A program made the position numbers and the translations under genes. A DNA stretch of 63,025 nt, the filler included. It is 5 parts of 5 records of this genome, joined end to end, with 100 filler letters (N's around TTAATTAATTAA, not from the genome) between each part and the next. Parts side by side here need not be neighbours in the genome. Positions count along the whole stretch, not along the records: positions 1 to 12,039 come from SRR20825010_1535; 4 more parts are not named here. The stretch is one strand, 5' to 3'. Positions 1 through 9,176 of this stretch are shown here, one piece after another; position 1 is the stretch's first letter; every line of letters begins with the position of its first letter. The notes under the pieces were generated by a model, which made no database searches, was not told the DNA's origin, and worked only from the letters and a program-made list of their open reading frames with translations.

Positions 1-1
1 A

Positions 2-253
2 AAAGACAAAAACGAATGGATTAACACTCAATTGATTTTTGAAATTTCAACAAAGAATAATAAAACCCAAATTGAATTTACACACGAAGGACTCGTGCCA
101 GAATATGAGTGTTATAAAATATGTGAGGATGCTTGGAGCAACTATATTAAAAAAAGTCTATTTGAACTAATCTCATCAGGAAAAGGAGAACCTAACCCAA
201 AGGAGAAAGATGGTTTCAATGCAGAAATAGTCAAAAAATGGAAACTCGGATAA
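2..253 (+). CDS. SRPBCC/START-fold (AHSA1-like) protein, 3' part (5' truncated by window edge)
   Basis: Frame open from base 2 (KDKNEWINTQLIFEI...FTHEGLVPEYECYKICEDAWSNYI...LISSGKGEP), the typical C-terminus of Bacteroidota SRPBCC proteins. Confidence 0.75.
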   Translation, partial: KDKNEWINTQLIFEISTKNNKTQIEFTHEGLVPEYECYKICEDAWSNYIKKSLFELISSGKGEPNPKEKDGFNAEIVKKWKLG

Positions 254-398
254 AAAAATATCACACAACAAGCCCTTAATTAGTCCGTTGTAATTAAAAA
301 TCACTTTTCAAAAATTCAAATTACTAAACTACAAACCATTAACACAAAAAGAATCACAACAACATAACTTTTTAACTTTACAAACTTTCAGCTCCTTC

Positions 399-1184
399 AT
401 GTTTAAAAAATTATTAATCTTATTCCTATTAATTTCAGTCATTGGCTGTAAGAAAAATTCAAACACAACAGCTGCAATGGTTTTGGTAAATCCAAACCAA
501 GATTCCACTGTGCTTTCCGTTCCAAAGGAATTAGAAAATTACTATAAAGAGATTGATTTTAGCTTAAGAAGTATTGAGTTGTATGAAGCTTTAGCTACCA
601 CAACAATTGCAAAGCACACCAATATATTAACCTATAGAGAACGCCATAATTTTTTGTACGACATTGACTCCAGCCCTACAAACAATAAAAATGTAGTTTT
701 AATATATTCTGGAGAAGAACGGTATTGGAAAGAATATGTTTCAGGAAAAAATCCATATAAAAAACAGACTTTTAATACCGAACATGTATATCCACAATCG
801 CTAATCGAAAATACCGCTAAAGGCGATTTACATCATTTAAGAGTTTGCGACCAAACCGTGAATACTCGTAGAAGTAACAATAAATTTATTGACGGAAGCG
901 GGAGCTACAAACTAGAATATAAAAGTTGGTTTCCTGGAGATGAATGGAAAGGAGATGTGGCAAGAATGATTTTGTATTTAAACCTCCGCTATAACGAATC
1001 TATAAAAGACGTTGGAAGTATTGAACTCTTTCTAAAATGGAATGCAGAAGACCCTGTTTCAACTTTTGAAATTGATAGAAATAATAAAATTGAAAAAATT
1101 CAAGGTAACAGGAATCCTTTTATAGACAATCCTTTTCTAGCTACTTTAGTGTGGGGCGGACCTCAGGCAGCTAATAGTTGGTAA
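399..1184 (+). CDS. Endonuclease I family (His-Me finger) extracellular nuclease, predicted lipoprotein
   Basis: Motifs NTEHVYPQS, DLHHL, NTRRSN, KGDVAR, W..EDPVS..E..RNN, QGNRNPFID; signal peptide ending in lipobox VIGC. Confidence 0.9.
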   Translation: MFKKLLILFLLISVIGCKKNSNTTAAMVLVNPNQDSTVLSVPKELENYYKEIDFSLRSIELYEALATTTIAKHTNILTYRERHNFLYDIDSSPTNNKNVVLIYSGEERYWKEYVSGKNPYKKQTFNTEHVYPQSLIENTAKGDLHHLRVCDQTVNTRRSNNKFIDGSGSYKLEYKSWFPGDEWKGDVARMILYLNLRYNESIKDVGSIELFLKWNAEDPVSTFEIDRNNKIEKIQGNRNPFIDNPFLATLVWGGPQAANSW

Positions 1185-1185
1185 T

Positions 1186-1659
1186 CTATTTAATAGGAAT
1201 CCAAATTTCTTCTTCTGAAGACGGATCATCATTCTTATATTTTTCTCCCATTACTGCAAAGTGAGGTCTATTATCCAAAGAGTTTCCCGATAAAGAAAGC
1301 CATTCTCCATAAATATATTGATAGAGTTTAAATGCTTCGGAAGATTTTCCTTTATAATTAAACACCGCATATTTCCCTTCAGGAACACGTAATTGTTTAA
1401 TATCTGCTGGAAGTTCATCAAAACTCCCTACCGCTACGGCTGCCCATTTTTCAAAAGATTTTTGAGGCACAAATTCATTAAAATAATCTGTTGGATAAAC
1501 TTCTACTGAAAATAAATCTTCAGAAATTATATTTTTAATTTTCTTAAGTTCAGGCATAAAACCCTTCCACAACAGTGCTGTTTTATTTTCAAGGATTGAC
1601 ATTGACAGTGATTTTCCTACCAAAAAATATTCTTCTAAAACTTCAACTCTATATTCCAT
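1186..1659 (-). CDS. GyrI-like / AraC effector-binding domain protein
   Basis: LWKGFMP, PEGKYAVFNYKG, YIYGEWL, RPHF..MGEKYKNDDPSSEEEIWIPI; start placed at ATG 1659 rather than 1713. Confidence 0.85.
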   Translation of the reverse strand: MEYRVEVLEEYFLVGKSLSMSILENKTALLWKGFMPELKKIKNIISEDLFSVEVYPTDYFNEFVPQKSFEKWAAVAVGSFDELPADIKQLRVPEGKYAVFNYKGKSSEAFKLYQYIYGEWLSLSGNSLDNRPHFAVMGEKYKNDDPSSEEEIWIPIK

Positions 1660-1695
1660 AATAAAAATGTATCTCTCAAAGATAAATAGGTTCCT

Positions 1696-1703
1696 TATAT
1701 TTG
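1696..1703 (+). promoter_or_regulatory. Bacteroidota sigma-A -7 element (TAnnTTTG) upstream of GDSL hydrolase
   Basis: TATATTTG about 30 nt upstream of ATG 1732. Confidence 0.5.
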
Positions 1704-1731
1704 AAAAAGACATTAACCAAAATTTATAAAA

Positions 1732-2415
1732 ATGAAAAATATTCTCCTTTTAGTTTGCATCCTTTCAGGAATTAATAGCTATGCTCAACAAACGGCAGTT
1801 GAATTTGCCAATTTCGAAAAATATGCTGCTGAAAACAAAGCATTACTAGCCCCGGAAGCTACCGAAAATCGGGTTGTTTTTATGGGAAATTCTATTACAG
1901 AAGGATGGAAAAATATGCATCCCGATTTTTTTGAAAACAATCCGTATATCGACAGAGGGATTAGCGGACAAACAACTTCTCAGATGTTGTTAAGATTCCG
2001 TCGAGATGTTATAGACCTCAAACCAAAAGCTGTTACATTTTTAGCAGGAATCAATGATATTGCCGAAAACACAGGCCCAATTGAGCTTGAAGATGTTTAT
2101 GGTAATATAATTTCGATGGTAGAACTTGCACAGGCAAACAATATTATTCCTATAATTTGCTCAACACTTCCTGCCAATCATTTTCCGTGGAGAGAACATA
2201 TCAATCCAACTGAAAAGGTTATTGAACTTAACAAAATGCTAAAAGCCTACGCCAACCAGAATTCTATTATTTATGTTGATTATTACACTGCTATGGTCGA
2301 CGATAAAAAAGGACTCAGTGAGGAATTAGCTTCGGATGGGGTTCACCCAACATCTAAAGGCTATGATATTATGGAACCAATGGTGCAAGAAGGTATTAAA
2401 AAAGCTTTAAAATAA
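1732..2415 (+). CDS. SGNH/GDSL hydrolase (acylhydrolase), secreted
   Basis: Blocks VFMGNSITEGW, RGISGQTT, LAGINDI, DGVHP; N-terminal signal peptide. Confidence 0.92.
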   Translation: MKNILLLVCILSGINSYAQQTAVEFANFEKYAAENKALLAPEATENRVVFMGNSITEGWKNMHPDFFENNPYIDRGISGQTTSQMLLRFRRDVIDLKPKAVTFLAGINDIAENTGPIELEDVYGNIISMVELAQANNIIPIICSTLPANHFPWREHINPTEKVIELNKMLKAYANQNSIIYVDYYTAMVDDKKGLSEELASDGVHPTSKGYDIMEPMVQEGIKKALK

Positions 2416-2468
2416 CCACTTTACACATAAAGTTGAAGAAACCTTTAGCAAATTATAAAGTATGTTTA

Positions 2469-2530
2469 CCACAGATTCACAAATATATCTTTTCCCATAG
2501 AAGGGATGCTAAATATCTGTGAATTTGTGG
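2469..2530. repeat. Intergenic inverted repeat built from CACAGATT-like octamers (REP-like)
   Basis: CCACAGATTCACAAATAT (2469-2486) and ATATCTGTGAATTTGTGG (2513-2530) are 16/18 complementary, with an inner TCCC..GGGA hairpin. Confidence 0.75.
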
Positions 2531-2702
2531 ACAATATTTATAGCGCATAAAGAACATTTTGATGTAAACTCTTAACAAACTCAAAAGAATACTTAGATAA
2601 ATTAAGCACACAAAAAGAGAATATAAAATTGCTTTTTATATTTTGTCTCCCTCCCAATAATAAATGCTTCATTATTACGATAAAAAATAAGAAGTAATTT
2701 CT

Positions 2703-2710
2703 TAAATTTG
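2703..2710 (+). promoter_or_regulatory. Bacteroidota -7 promoter element upstream of purL
   Basis: TAAATTTG about 55 nt upstream of ATG 2764. Confidence 0.55.
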
Positions 2711-2763
2711 CGCTTTAATTCAAACAGACGTCTGTAATCATTAAGACACAAACACAACAAAGT

Positions 2764-5700
2764 ATGATCCTTTTCTTCGGAAACCCAGAAATCAAGGTAT
2801 TTGCCGTTCAAACAAACAGCAAAATTTCACAAGAAAATATAACTAAATTATCATGGTTATTTGGCGATCAGCCACAAATCGAAGCGGCGTCTGTAGACGC
2901 TTTTTTTATTGGTCCGCGTGCAGCAATGATTACTCCATGGAGTACAAATGCTGTTGAGATTACACAGAATATGTGCATTGAGGGGATTATACGAATTGAA
3001 GAATTTCATGCCTGTTCGAGTGATACGGTAGATTTTGACCCGATGCTCTCACAAAAATACAATAGCCTAGATCAACAAATTTTCGATATCAATATTGAGC
3101 CGGAAGCTATTAAGGAAATTAATGACGTTGCTTTGTTTAACCAACAAGAAGGTTTGGCTTTAAATGATGAAGAAATAGATTATTTAAATGAACTTTCTGA
3201 AAAACTAGGAAGAAAATTAACCGATTCCGAAGTTTTTGGATTCTCTCAAGTAAATTCAGAACATTGTCGTCATAAAATTTTCAATGGAACTTTTGTGATT
3301 GATGGAGAAGAAAAGCCGACTTCATTATTTAAAATGATTAGAAAAACTTCCGAAGAAAATCCTAACGGAATTGTTTCTGCCTATAAAGATAATGTTGCTT
3401 TTGTAAAAGGTCCAAAAGCAGTTCAATTTGCTCCTAAAACTGCCGATCAACCTGATTTTTATCAAGAAAAAGAATTTAATGCTGTTTTATCTCTTAAAGC
3501 AGAAACACATAACTTCCCTACTACAGTAGAGCCATTTAATGGTGCTGCTACAGGAGCTGGAGGAGAAATTCGCGACCGTCTAGCTGGTGGGAGAGGCTCT
3601 TTACCTTTAGCAGGAACTGCGGTTTATATGACTTCTTATTCCCGCTTAGAAGAAAACAGACCATGGGAAAAAGCTATGGAAGAACGTAATTGGCTTTACC
3701 AAACTCCTATCGATATATTGATTAAGGCTTCTAATGGAGCTTCCGATTTTGGAAATAAATTTGGACAACCGCTAATTGCTGGTTCGGTACTTACTTTTGA
3801 ACATGAAGAAGAAGCTCGTAAACTTGGGTTTGATAAAGTAATAATGCTTGCTGGAGGTATTGGTTACGGCAAAGAAGAGCAAGCTTTAAAAGCAACTCCA
3901 AAAGCAAGCGATAAAATTGTTGTTCTTGGAGGAGAAAATTATAGAATTGGGATGGGAGGAGCTGCGGTTTCTTCTGCCGATACTGGTGAGTTTAGCAGCG
4001 GTATTGAATTAAATGCAGTACAACGTTCCAATCCAGAGATGCAAAAGCGTGTTGCTAATGCAGTTCGTGGAATGGTTGAAAGTGATGAAAACGAAATTGT
4101 TTCCATCCACGATCATGGCGCTGGTGGGCACCTAAATTGTCTTTCTGAGCTTGTTGAAGATACTGGAGGAAAAATTGACCTTGATAAATTACCTGTTGGA
4201 GATCCTACACTTTCTGCAAAAGAGATTATCGGTAATGAAAGTCAGGAAAGAATGGGGCTTGTTATTGCTAAAGAACATACCGAAAAACTTAGAAGAATTG
4301 CAGAGCGAGAGCGTTCTCCAATGTATGAAGTGGGAGAGGTAACTGGCGATGATGTTTTCTGTTTTGAATCGGCTACCAAAGGAGATAAACCAATGGATTT
4401 GGCTTTAGAAGATATGTTTGGAAGTTCTCCAAAAACTATCATGACCGATAAAACCATAAAAAGAAATTATAAAGATGCTTCTTATAGCATTGAAAATATA
4501 CAACCCTATTTAGAGCAGGTGCTCCAACTGGAAGCTGTGGCTTGTAAAGATTGGCTTACAAATAAAGTCGACCGTTGTGTAGGTGGACGTGTTGCAAAAC
4601 AACAATGTGCTGGTCCTTTACAATTACCTCTTAACAATTGTGGGGTTATGGCACTCGATTTTAAAGGAAAAGAAGGCTTGGCAACTTCTATTGGGCACTC
4701 CCCTATTTCTGCGCTTATCGACCCTGTTGCTGGAAGTAAAAATTCTATTGCAGAATCGCTTACTAACATTGTATGGGCTCCTTTAGAAGAAGGTTTAAAA
4801 TCGGTTTCTTTGTCTGCTAACTGGATGTGGCCTTGTAAAAATGAAGGGGAAGATGCTCGTTTGTATGAAGCTGTACAAGGATGCTCGGAATTTGCTATTG
4901 AATTAGGAATTAATATCCCTACAGGAAAAGATTCGCTTTCAATGAAGCAAAAATATCCTAATGAAGAAGTTATTTCTCCAGGAACAGTAATTATTTCTGC
5001 TGGAGCACATTGTAGTGATATTACAAAAGTAGTTGAGCCTGTTTTACAGAAAAATGGAGGAAGTATTTATTACATCAACCTTTCTAATGACAACTTAAAA
5101 TTAGGAGGTTCTTCTTTCGGACAAATACTAAACAGCGTTGGAAATGATGTTCCAACTATTAAAAGTGCTGAAAATTTAAAAACAGCTTTCAATACAATTC
5201 AGGCATTAATAAAAGAAAATCAAATTCTTGCAGGACATGATGTTGCTAGTGGTGGATTTATAACTACCCTATTAGAAATGTGTTTTGCTGATATTAATTT
5301 GGGAGCGCAACTAGATTTGTCGGCTATTGGGGAAAAAGATTCTATAAAATTATTGTTTAATGAAAATGCTGGTATTGTTTTCCAAGCGAAAGAAAATACT
5401 GTTGTTGAAGAAACCCTTGCTAAAGCTGGAATTGCTTTCCATAAAATAGGAGCTCCACTAGAAGGCGATCGTTTACAAATAATAAATAACAATGATAGTT
5501 TTTCTTTTAGCGTGAGTCAGTTAAGAGATGTTTGGTATAAAACTTCTTTCTTATTAGATCAAAAACAAACACAAAATAACGTTGCAGAGGCACGTTATAA
5601 CAACTATAAAAATCAGCCATTAACCTATAAATTTCCTAAACAGTTTACAGGGAAACTACCTGAGGTTAGTGGAAAACGACCAAAAGCTGCTATTATTAGA

Positions 5701-6423
5701 GAGAAAGGAAGTAACTCTGAGCGAGAAATGGCAAATGCTATGTATTTAGCAGGTTTTGATGTTAAAGACGTGCATATGACCGATTTAATATCGGGGCGTG
5801 AAACGCTAGAAGATATTCAGTTTATTGGCGCCGTTGGAGGTTTCTCTAATTCAGATGTTTTAGGTTCTGCCAAAGGTTGGGCTGGAGCATTTTTATACAA
5901 CGACAAAGCAAAACAAACGCTAGAGAATTTCTTTAAAAGAGAAGATACACTTTCTATCGGAATCTGTAATGGTTGTCAGCTTTTTGTTGAATTAGGATTA
6001 ATTAATCCTAACCATACTCAAAAACCGAAAATGCTTCATAACGAAAGTGGTAAACACGAGAGCATTTTTACTTCCGTAGAAATTCAGAAAAATAATTCAA
6101 TCATGCTTTCTACTTTAGAAGGAAGTAAATTAGGAATTTGGGTTTCTCATGGTGAAGGTAAATTTAGCTTCCCTCTAGAAGAAAACAATTACAATATAGT
6201 TGCTAAATACGGTTATGAAGGCTATCCATCAAATCCAAATGGGTCGGATTTCAACACAGCTATGTTAGTTTCAGATGATGGTAGACATTTAGTTACCATG
6301 CCACATTTTGAACGTTCTATTTTTCAATGGAACTGGGCACATTACCCTGAAGGGAGAAAAGATGAAGTTTCTCCATGGTTAGAAGCTTTTATAAATGCTA
6401 AAAAATGGCTAGAAAATAAATAA
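2764..6423 (+). CDS. purL: Phosphoribosylformylglycinamidine synthase (large fused PurL)
   Basis: QVNSEHCRHKIF, KAETHNFPT, GAATGAGGEIRD, IHDHGAGG, NESQERM; glutaminase GICNGCQ and MPHFER. Confidence 0.98.
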   Translation: MILFFGNPEIKVFAVQTNSKISQENITKLSWLFGDQPQIEAASVDAFFIGPRAAMITPWSTNAVEITQNMCIEGIIRIEEFHACSSDTVDFDPMLSQKYNSLDQQIFDINIEPEAIKEINDVALFNQQEGLALNDEEIDYLNELSEKLGRKLTDSEVFGFSQVNSEHCRHKIFNGTFVIDGEEKPTSLFKMIRKTSEENPNGIVSAYKDNVAFVKGPKAVQFAPKTADQPDFYQEKEFNAVLSLKAETHNFPTTVEPFNGAATGAGGEIRDRLAGGRGSLPLAGTAVYMTSYSRLEENRPWEKAMEERNWLYQTPIDILIKASNGASDFGNKFGQPLIAGSVLTFEHEEEARKLGFDKVIMLAGGIGYGKEEQALKATPKASDKIVVLGGENYRIGMGGAAVSSADTGEFSSGIELNAVQRSNPEMQKRVANAVRGMVESDENEIVSIHDHGAGGHLNCLSELVEDTGGKIDLDKLPVGDPTLSAKEIIGNESQERMGLVIAKEHTEKLRRIAERERSPMYEVGEVTGDDVFCFESATKGDKPMDLALEDMFGSSPKTIMTDKTIKRNYKDASYSIENIQPYLEQVLQLEAVACKDWLTNKVDRCVGGRVAKQQCAGPLQLPLNNCGVMALDFKGKEGLATSIGHSPISALIDPVAGSKNSIAESLTNIVWAPLEEGLKSVSLSANWMWPCKNEGEDARLYEAVQGCSEFAIELGINIPTGKDSLSMKQKYPNEEVISPGTVIISAGAHCSDITKVVEPVLQKNGGSIYYINLSNDNLKLGGSSFGQILNSVGNDVPTIKSAENLKTAFNTIQALIKENQILAGHDVASGGFITTLLEMCFADINLGAQLDLSAIGEKDSIKLLFNENAGIVFQAKENTVVEETLAKAGIAFHKIGAPLEGDRLQIINNNDSFSFSVSQLRDVWYKTSFLLDQKQTQNNVAEARYNNYKNQPLTYKFPKQFTGKLPEVSGKRPKAAIIREKGSNSEREMANAMYLAGFDVKDVHMTDLISGRETLEDIQFIGAVGGFSNSDVLGSAKGWAGAFLYNDKAKQTLENFFKREDTLSIGICNGCQLFVELGLINPNHTQKPKMLHNESGKHESIFTSVEIQKNNSIMLSTLEGSKLGIWVSHGEGKFSFPLEENNYNIVAKYGYEGYPSNPNGSDFNTAMLVSDDGRHLVTMPHFERSIFQWNWAHYPEGRKDEVSPWLEAFINAKKWLENK

Positions 6424-6447
6424 TTCTGTTTTAAATCATATATAATT

Positions 6448-6478
6448 AAGGAGTTGCCAACAATCAACTCCTTTTTTT
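6448..6478 (+). terminator. Rho-independent terminator after purL
   Basis: AAGGAGTTG-8 nt loop-CAACTCCTT followed by a T tract. Confidence 0.85.
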
Positions 6479-6652
6479 ATGAGTTCTTTTGAAAATAGTC
6501 CGCAAATTTCATAATTTGCAATTCAGTAACCAATCTCAGAAAAGTCATATTTTCGACTTTTAAGTGAACAAAAAAAGTGTCCCGATGTATTTCTGTACAC
6601 TCTATCTCAATAATTTGGGACTCACTTTGTGAGTAATAACATATATAAAGCT

Positions 6653-8428
6653 ATGATGAAAGTAACTCGTTTGTTTGATTTTCCATACTATCAATTGGAA
6701 AAATATAATTTAGATATTGCCTTTTCAACAAAATATGGAGACGAATGGGTACATACTTCTTCTCAAGAATATGTTGACAAAGCAAATCAATTCAGCAGAG
6801 GTTTATTGCGTTTAGGTATTCAGCCTAATGAAAAAATTGCAGTTATTACACACACAAATAGAACTGAGTGGCATATTGCAGACATTGGAATCTTACAAAT
6901 AGGAGCCCAAAATGTACCAATTTACCCTACTATTTCAGAAGAAGATTATGAGTATATTTTAAATCATTCTGGAGCTTCTTATTGTTTTGTTTCTGATAAT
7001 GAGATCTTGGAGAAGCTAAATGCTATCAAGCAGAATGTTCCTACATTAAAAGAGGTATATGCTTTTGGAGACATTCCAAATACTAAGAATTGGGAAGAAA
7101 TTTTAACCTTAGGAGAAGATAAAAGCAATCAAGATGAAGTAGAAGCTCGAAAAAAGGCAGTAACTACAGAAGATTTAGCTACAATTATATATACCTCTGG
7201 AACTACAGGGCGACCAAAAGGTGTAATGCTTTCTCACAAAAATATAGTTTCAGATGTTTTAGCAAGTGAAGAACGGGTTCCGTTAGACCCTAGAGATGTT
7301 GCTTTAAGCTTCTTACCTATTTGCCATATTTTTGAACGCATGGTTGTGTACCTCTACCAACATTGCGGAATTAAAATATACTTTGCTGAATCTATTGATA
7401 AAATGAGTGACAACCTTAAAGAGGTTAAGCCTCATGTTATGACAGTAGTTCCACGACTCCTAGAAAAGGTATATGATAAGATTTACGCAAAAGGAGCAGA
7501 TTTAACAGGAATTAAGAAGAAATTATTCTTTTGGGCGATAGAATTAGGACATAAATTTGAGCCCTACGGAGCCAATGGTGCATGGTATGAGTTCCAATTA
7601 AGTATAGCCAGAAAGTTAATCTTTAGTAAATGGCAAGAAGGTTTAGGTGGGAATTTAAAAGTAATGGTTTCTGGGAGTGCCGCATTACAACCTCGTCTAT
7701 CTAGAGTGTTTGGAGCAGCTGGAATTCCTGTTATGGAAGGTTACGGATTAACAGAAACCTCTCCTGTTATTTCTGTAAATGACCAGAAAAATAGAGGATG
7801 GAAAATAGGGACTGTAGGAAAGATGCTTCCAGGGGTAGAAGTTAAAATTGCAGAAGACGGAGAAATTATTTGTAAAGGGCCTAATGTTATGATGGGGTAT
7901 TACAATGACGAAGAAAAAACAAATGAAGCCATGGAAGGTGGCTATTTCCATACTGGAGATATTGGAGAAATTGATGAGGACGGTTTCTTAAAAATTACCG
8001 ACCGTAAAAAGGAAATGTTTAAAACTTCTGGAGGTAAATATGTTGCGCCTCAATTAATTGAAAACCTAATGAAACAATCACGATTTATAGAACAGATTAT
8101 GGTGATTGGAGAGGGAGAAAAAATGCCAGCAGCTTTTATCCAACCAAATTTTGAATTTGTTGAAGAATGGGCAAAACGACATAACATAGAAGTAAATGGT
8201 GACTATAAAAAAATGATAGCCAACCCTGAGGTTATTAAAAGAATACAAGAAGAAGTAGACCACTACAATGAAAAGTTTGGACGTTGGGAACGCATTAAAT
8301 TGTTTGAACTTACTCCAGATGAATGGAGTGTTGAAGATGGACACCTTACTCCTACACTAAAATTAAAGCGAAGAATTATAAAAGAAAAATATAGCGATTT
8401 ATACAATAAGATATATGATCATAAATAG
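6653..8428 (+). CDS. fadD: Long-chain fatty acid--CoA ligase
   Basis: AMP-binding IIYTSGTTGRPKG, EGYGLTET, FHTGDIG, LTPTLKLKR; start likely ATG 6653/6656 rather than GTG 6629. Confidence 0.93.
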   Translation: MMKVTRLFDFPYYQLEKYNLDIAFSTKYGDEWVHTSSQEYVDKANQFSRGLLRLGIQPNEKIAVITHTNRTEWHIADIGILQIGAQNVPIYPTISEEDYEYILNHSGASYCFVSDNEILEKLNAIKQNVPTLKEVYAFGDIPNTKNWEEILTLGEDKSNQDEVEARKKAVTTEDLATIIYTSGTTGRPKGVMLSHKNIVSDVLASEERVPLDPRDVALSFLPICHIFERMVVYLYQHCGIKIYFAESIDKMSDNLKEVKPHVMTVVPRLLEKVYDKIYAKGADLTGIKKKLFFWAIELGHKFEPYGANGAWYEFQLSIARKLIFSKWQEGLGGNLKVMVSGSAALQPRLSRVFGAAGIPVMEGYGLTETSPVISVNDQKNRGWKIGTVGKMLPGVEVKIAEDGEIICKGPNVMMGYYNDEEKTNEAMEGGYFHTGDIGEIDEDGFLKITDRKKEMFKTSGGKYVAPQLIENLMKQSRFIEQIMVIGEGEKMPAAFIQPNFEFVEEWAKRHNIEVNGDYKKMIANPEVIKRIQEEVDHYNEKFGRWERIKLFELTPDEWSVEDGHLTPTLKLKRRIIKEKYSDLYNKIYDHK

Positions 8429-8481
8429 ATCCCTTCTATACTCAGCAATTGAGTAACAGAATCTTAACATAAATTTTTATT

Positions 8482-8509
8482 AAACTCTCCTTTTTTGGGG
8501 AGTTTTTTT
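8482..8509 (+). terminator. Rho-independent terminator after fadD
   Basis: AAACTCTCC-loop-GGGGAGTTT followed by a T tract. Confidence 0.75.
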
Positions 8510-8561
8510 ATTACCTTAATATTTTAAACGCCTTCACTTTGTGATTTAACAAATTTTACCT

Positions 8562-8589
8562 TATTTTACTATGCATGCATAATAAAATA
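8562..8589. promoter_or_regulatory. 28-bp near-perfect palindrome, candidate MarR operator
   Basis: TATTTTA-C-TATGCA|TGCATA-A-TAAAATA (13/14 pairs), directly upstream of the -7 element TATATTTG (8594-8601) of the MarR gene. Confidence 0.7.
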
Positions 8590-8620
8590 TTTGTATATTT
8601 GATTTCACCACTACAAGAAA

Positions 8621-9073
8621 ATGAAGGATATAACTATAGATTACGCATTAAGAGCAACTTGGCAAGCTGTTGCTAAAATGTATAATGAAGAAGCTGGAAA
8701 AGAAGATAGCACAATGGCTACTGGTTTTACACTTCTAAGCATCGACCCAGAAAAGGGATCTCCCTCTACAGCATTAGGCCCAAAAATGGGAATGGAAGGA
8801 ACTAGCTTATCTAGAACCCTAAAAAGCATGGAAGAAAAAGGTCTTATCATTAGAAAACCTAATCCAAAAGACGGACGTGGAGTTCTTATATGTCTTACCG
8901 ATTTTGGAAAAGAAAAAAGAGACTACTCTAAAGAAGTTGTTTTGAAGTTTAACGAAACCATTAGAGAGCATGTTACCGATTCGGATTTACAAGGTTTTTA
9001 TAATGTTATCGATGTAATCAATGAATTTATTTCAGAAAAGAAAATATATAAAGAAAACGTTTCAAAAAAGTAA
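8621..9073 (+). CDS. MarR family transcriptional regulator of the fatty-acid oxidation cluster
   Basis: wHTH: TSLSRTLKSMEEKGLIIRKPNPKDGRGVLICLT; sits between fadD and the HADH gene. Confidence 0.9.
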   Translation: MKDITIDYALRATWQAVAKMYNEEAGKEDSTMATGFTLLSIDPEKGSPSTALGPKMGMEGTSLSRTLKSMEEKGLIIRKPNPKDGRGVLICLTDFGKEKRDYSKEVVLKFNETIREHVTDSDLQGFYNVIDVINEFISEKKIYKENVSKK

Positions 9074-9176
9074 TTTCAATACAGAGAATAAAACATTTAT
9101 GATTAATTCTATGCACACAGCAGAATGATTAAATAAATGTTCTATCTGATCTTTAAAAGATAATAAATATAAACAG

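Noticed and set aside
260-300. ACAAC...GTTGT short inverted repeat after the SRPBCC gene, considered as an attC-like cassette site
   Set aside because: Only 5 bp of pairing, single copy, and no integrase in the window.
2602-2811. 69-aa minus-strand ORF upstream of purL
   Set aside because: Overlaps the purL promoter and start; no motif. No purine riboswitch-like structure was recognisable here either.
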